From: Thermoplasmata archaeon
Lineage (GTDB): Archaea; Thermoplasmatota; Thermoplasmata; Lutacidiplasmatales; UBA184
Direction of reading: 5' to 3'
Assembly: GCA_021816955.1 (NCBI GenBank)
Contig: JAKAWP010000002.1
Coordinates: 37 to 64,036 of the forward strand
Length of the DNA: 64,000 nucleotides
In this document: piece by piece, positions 63,487 to 64,000 of the stretch
Layout: every line of letters starts with the position of its first letter
Position numbering within the stretch: the first letter of the stretch is position 1
Notes under the pieces: generated by a model
Databases searched by the model: none
Seen by the model: only the letters and a program-made list of their open reading frames with translations
What the model was told of the DNA's origin: nothing
Translations under genes and position numbers: made by a program

Positions 63487-64000
63487 CGTGCCGCTTCTCG
63501 GCGCCTCCCGCTGGTTTCTCACGGCGGCGCTCGCCCATCTCTCGTTGGCCGGGTTGCTCCTCCTCTTCGCCGGCGCATCCGGGATACTCGGCGCGGATTG
63601 GAACGCCCTCGTCTGGCTCCTCCTGGTCGGATTCGTCGTCGCCACGACCCAAGGGTTCTCCTGGCAACTCTTCCCCACCGTCGCGCGCCGATCGGTATCG
63701 AGTGGTGGTGTCGCGTACCTCTCCTGGGCCGCGCTGGAGGGAGCCGTTGCCTTCGGTCTCCTCGGGATCTACGAGGCTCCCGCCGGCGGCGCGCTCGGCC
63801 CGATCTTCAGCCTGGCTGCCGCGCTCCTCGCGATCTCCCTCAGCCTCACCACGATCCGCTTTTGGCAGGCTCGATTCGAACCCGCGCTCCGCACGAGCGG
63901 TCCCATGCCCCGGCCGGGGGACCGGGAGACCGTACCGCTCTTCCTCATCGCATGGACCGCTGCGCTGGGATCGGCGTTCTTCTTTCTGCTCGCGGGGCTC
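63487..64000 (+). CDS. Integral membrane protein, 3'-partial (runs off the window)
   Basis: Hand translation from the GTG at 63487: 'PLLGASRWFLTAALAHLSLAGLLLLFAGASGILGADWNALVWLLLVGFVVATTQGFSWQLFP...LFLIAWTAALGSAFFFLLAGL'. The frame stays open to the window end. It is absent from the track, presumably because no stop is reached. Confidence 0.45.

Noticed and set aside
1-64000. CRISPR arrays or other regularly spaced tandem repeats
   Set aside because: Reading through the intergenic regions I saw no repeat-spacer periodicity. The only repeats noted are the short IS-associated ones and the small palindromes listed above.

Overview
Visibly GC-rich archaeal chromosomal window; composition was not computed. 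Archaeal hallmarks read directly from the sequence are: a tRNA-Tyr with a 35-nt intron at the canonical 37/38 position, RpoK/Rpo6, a class-III (archaeal prepilin) signal peptide, TATA-type promoters, split transketolase, archaeal UMP kinase, an MDD-family mevalonate-pathway decarboxylase, and a stand-alone 5S rRNA. The unlinked 5S gene and an F2/F3-like M1 aminopeptidase suggest a Thermoplasmatota-like euryarchaeon, but this is inference only. I support about 65 protein genes, 2 tRNAs, one 5S rRNA and one IS5-type insertion sequence. Most of the window is housekeeping: adk, pyrH, rpiA, serS, argF-like, nfo, tkt/tal, MTAP, rpoK, hemH and ion channels. At least eight gene junctions use 4-nt ATGA stop/start overlaps. 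The track also contains many long Arg/Pro-rich antisense or out-of-frame ORFs, which are typical high-GC artefacts and are not called. The parts most worth a second look: (1) a translationally coupled type-IV-pilus-like operon (2806-8498) with two paralogous FlaI/TadA-like ATPases and a split TadB/TadC-type platform; (2) a late-heme cluster pairing an AhbD/NirJ-like radical SAM enzyme and a CopD/HemJ-like membrane protein with ferrochelatase (27199-30691); (3) a tRNA-Gly-adjacent ORFan cassette ending in a frameshifted, catalytically altered Hjc-like nuclease gene (9289-13237); (4) a 1,057-aa PKD-domain surface protein cut off from its in-frame signal anchor by a single TGA (34561-37863); (5) a tRNA-Tyr whose 5' end and putative promoter lie inside the 3' tail of adk. 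No CRISPR array was seen. All functional calls come from motif-level reading of the translations; no database search was run.
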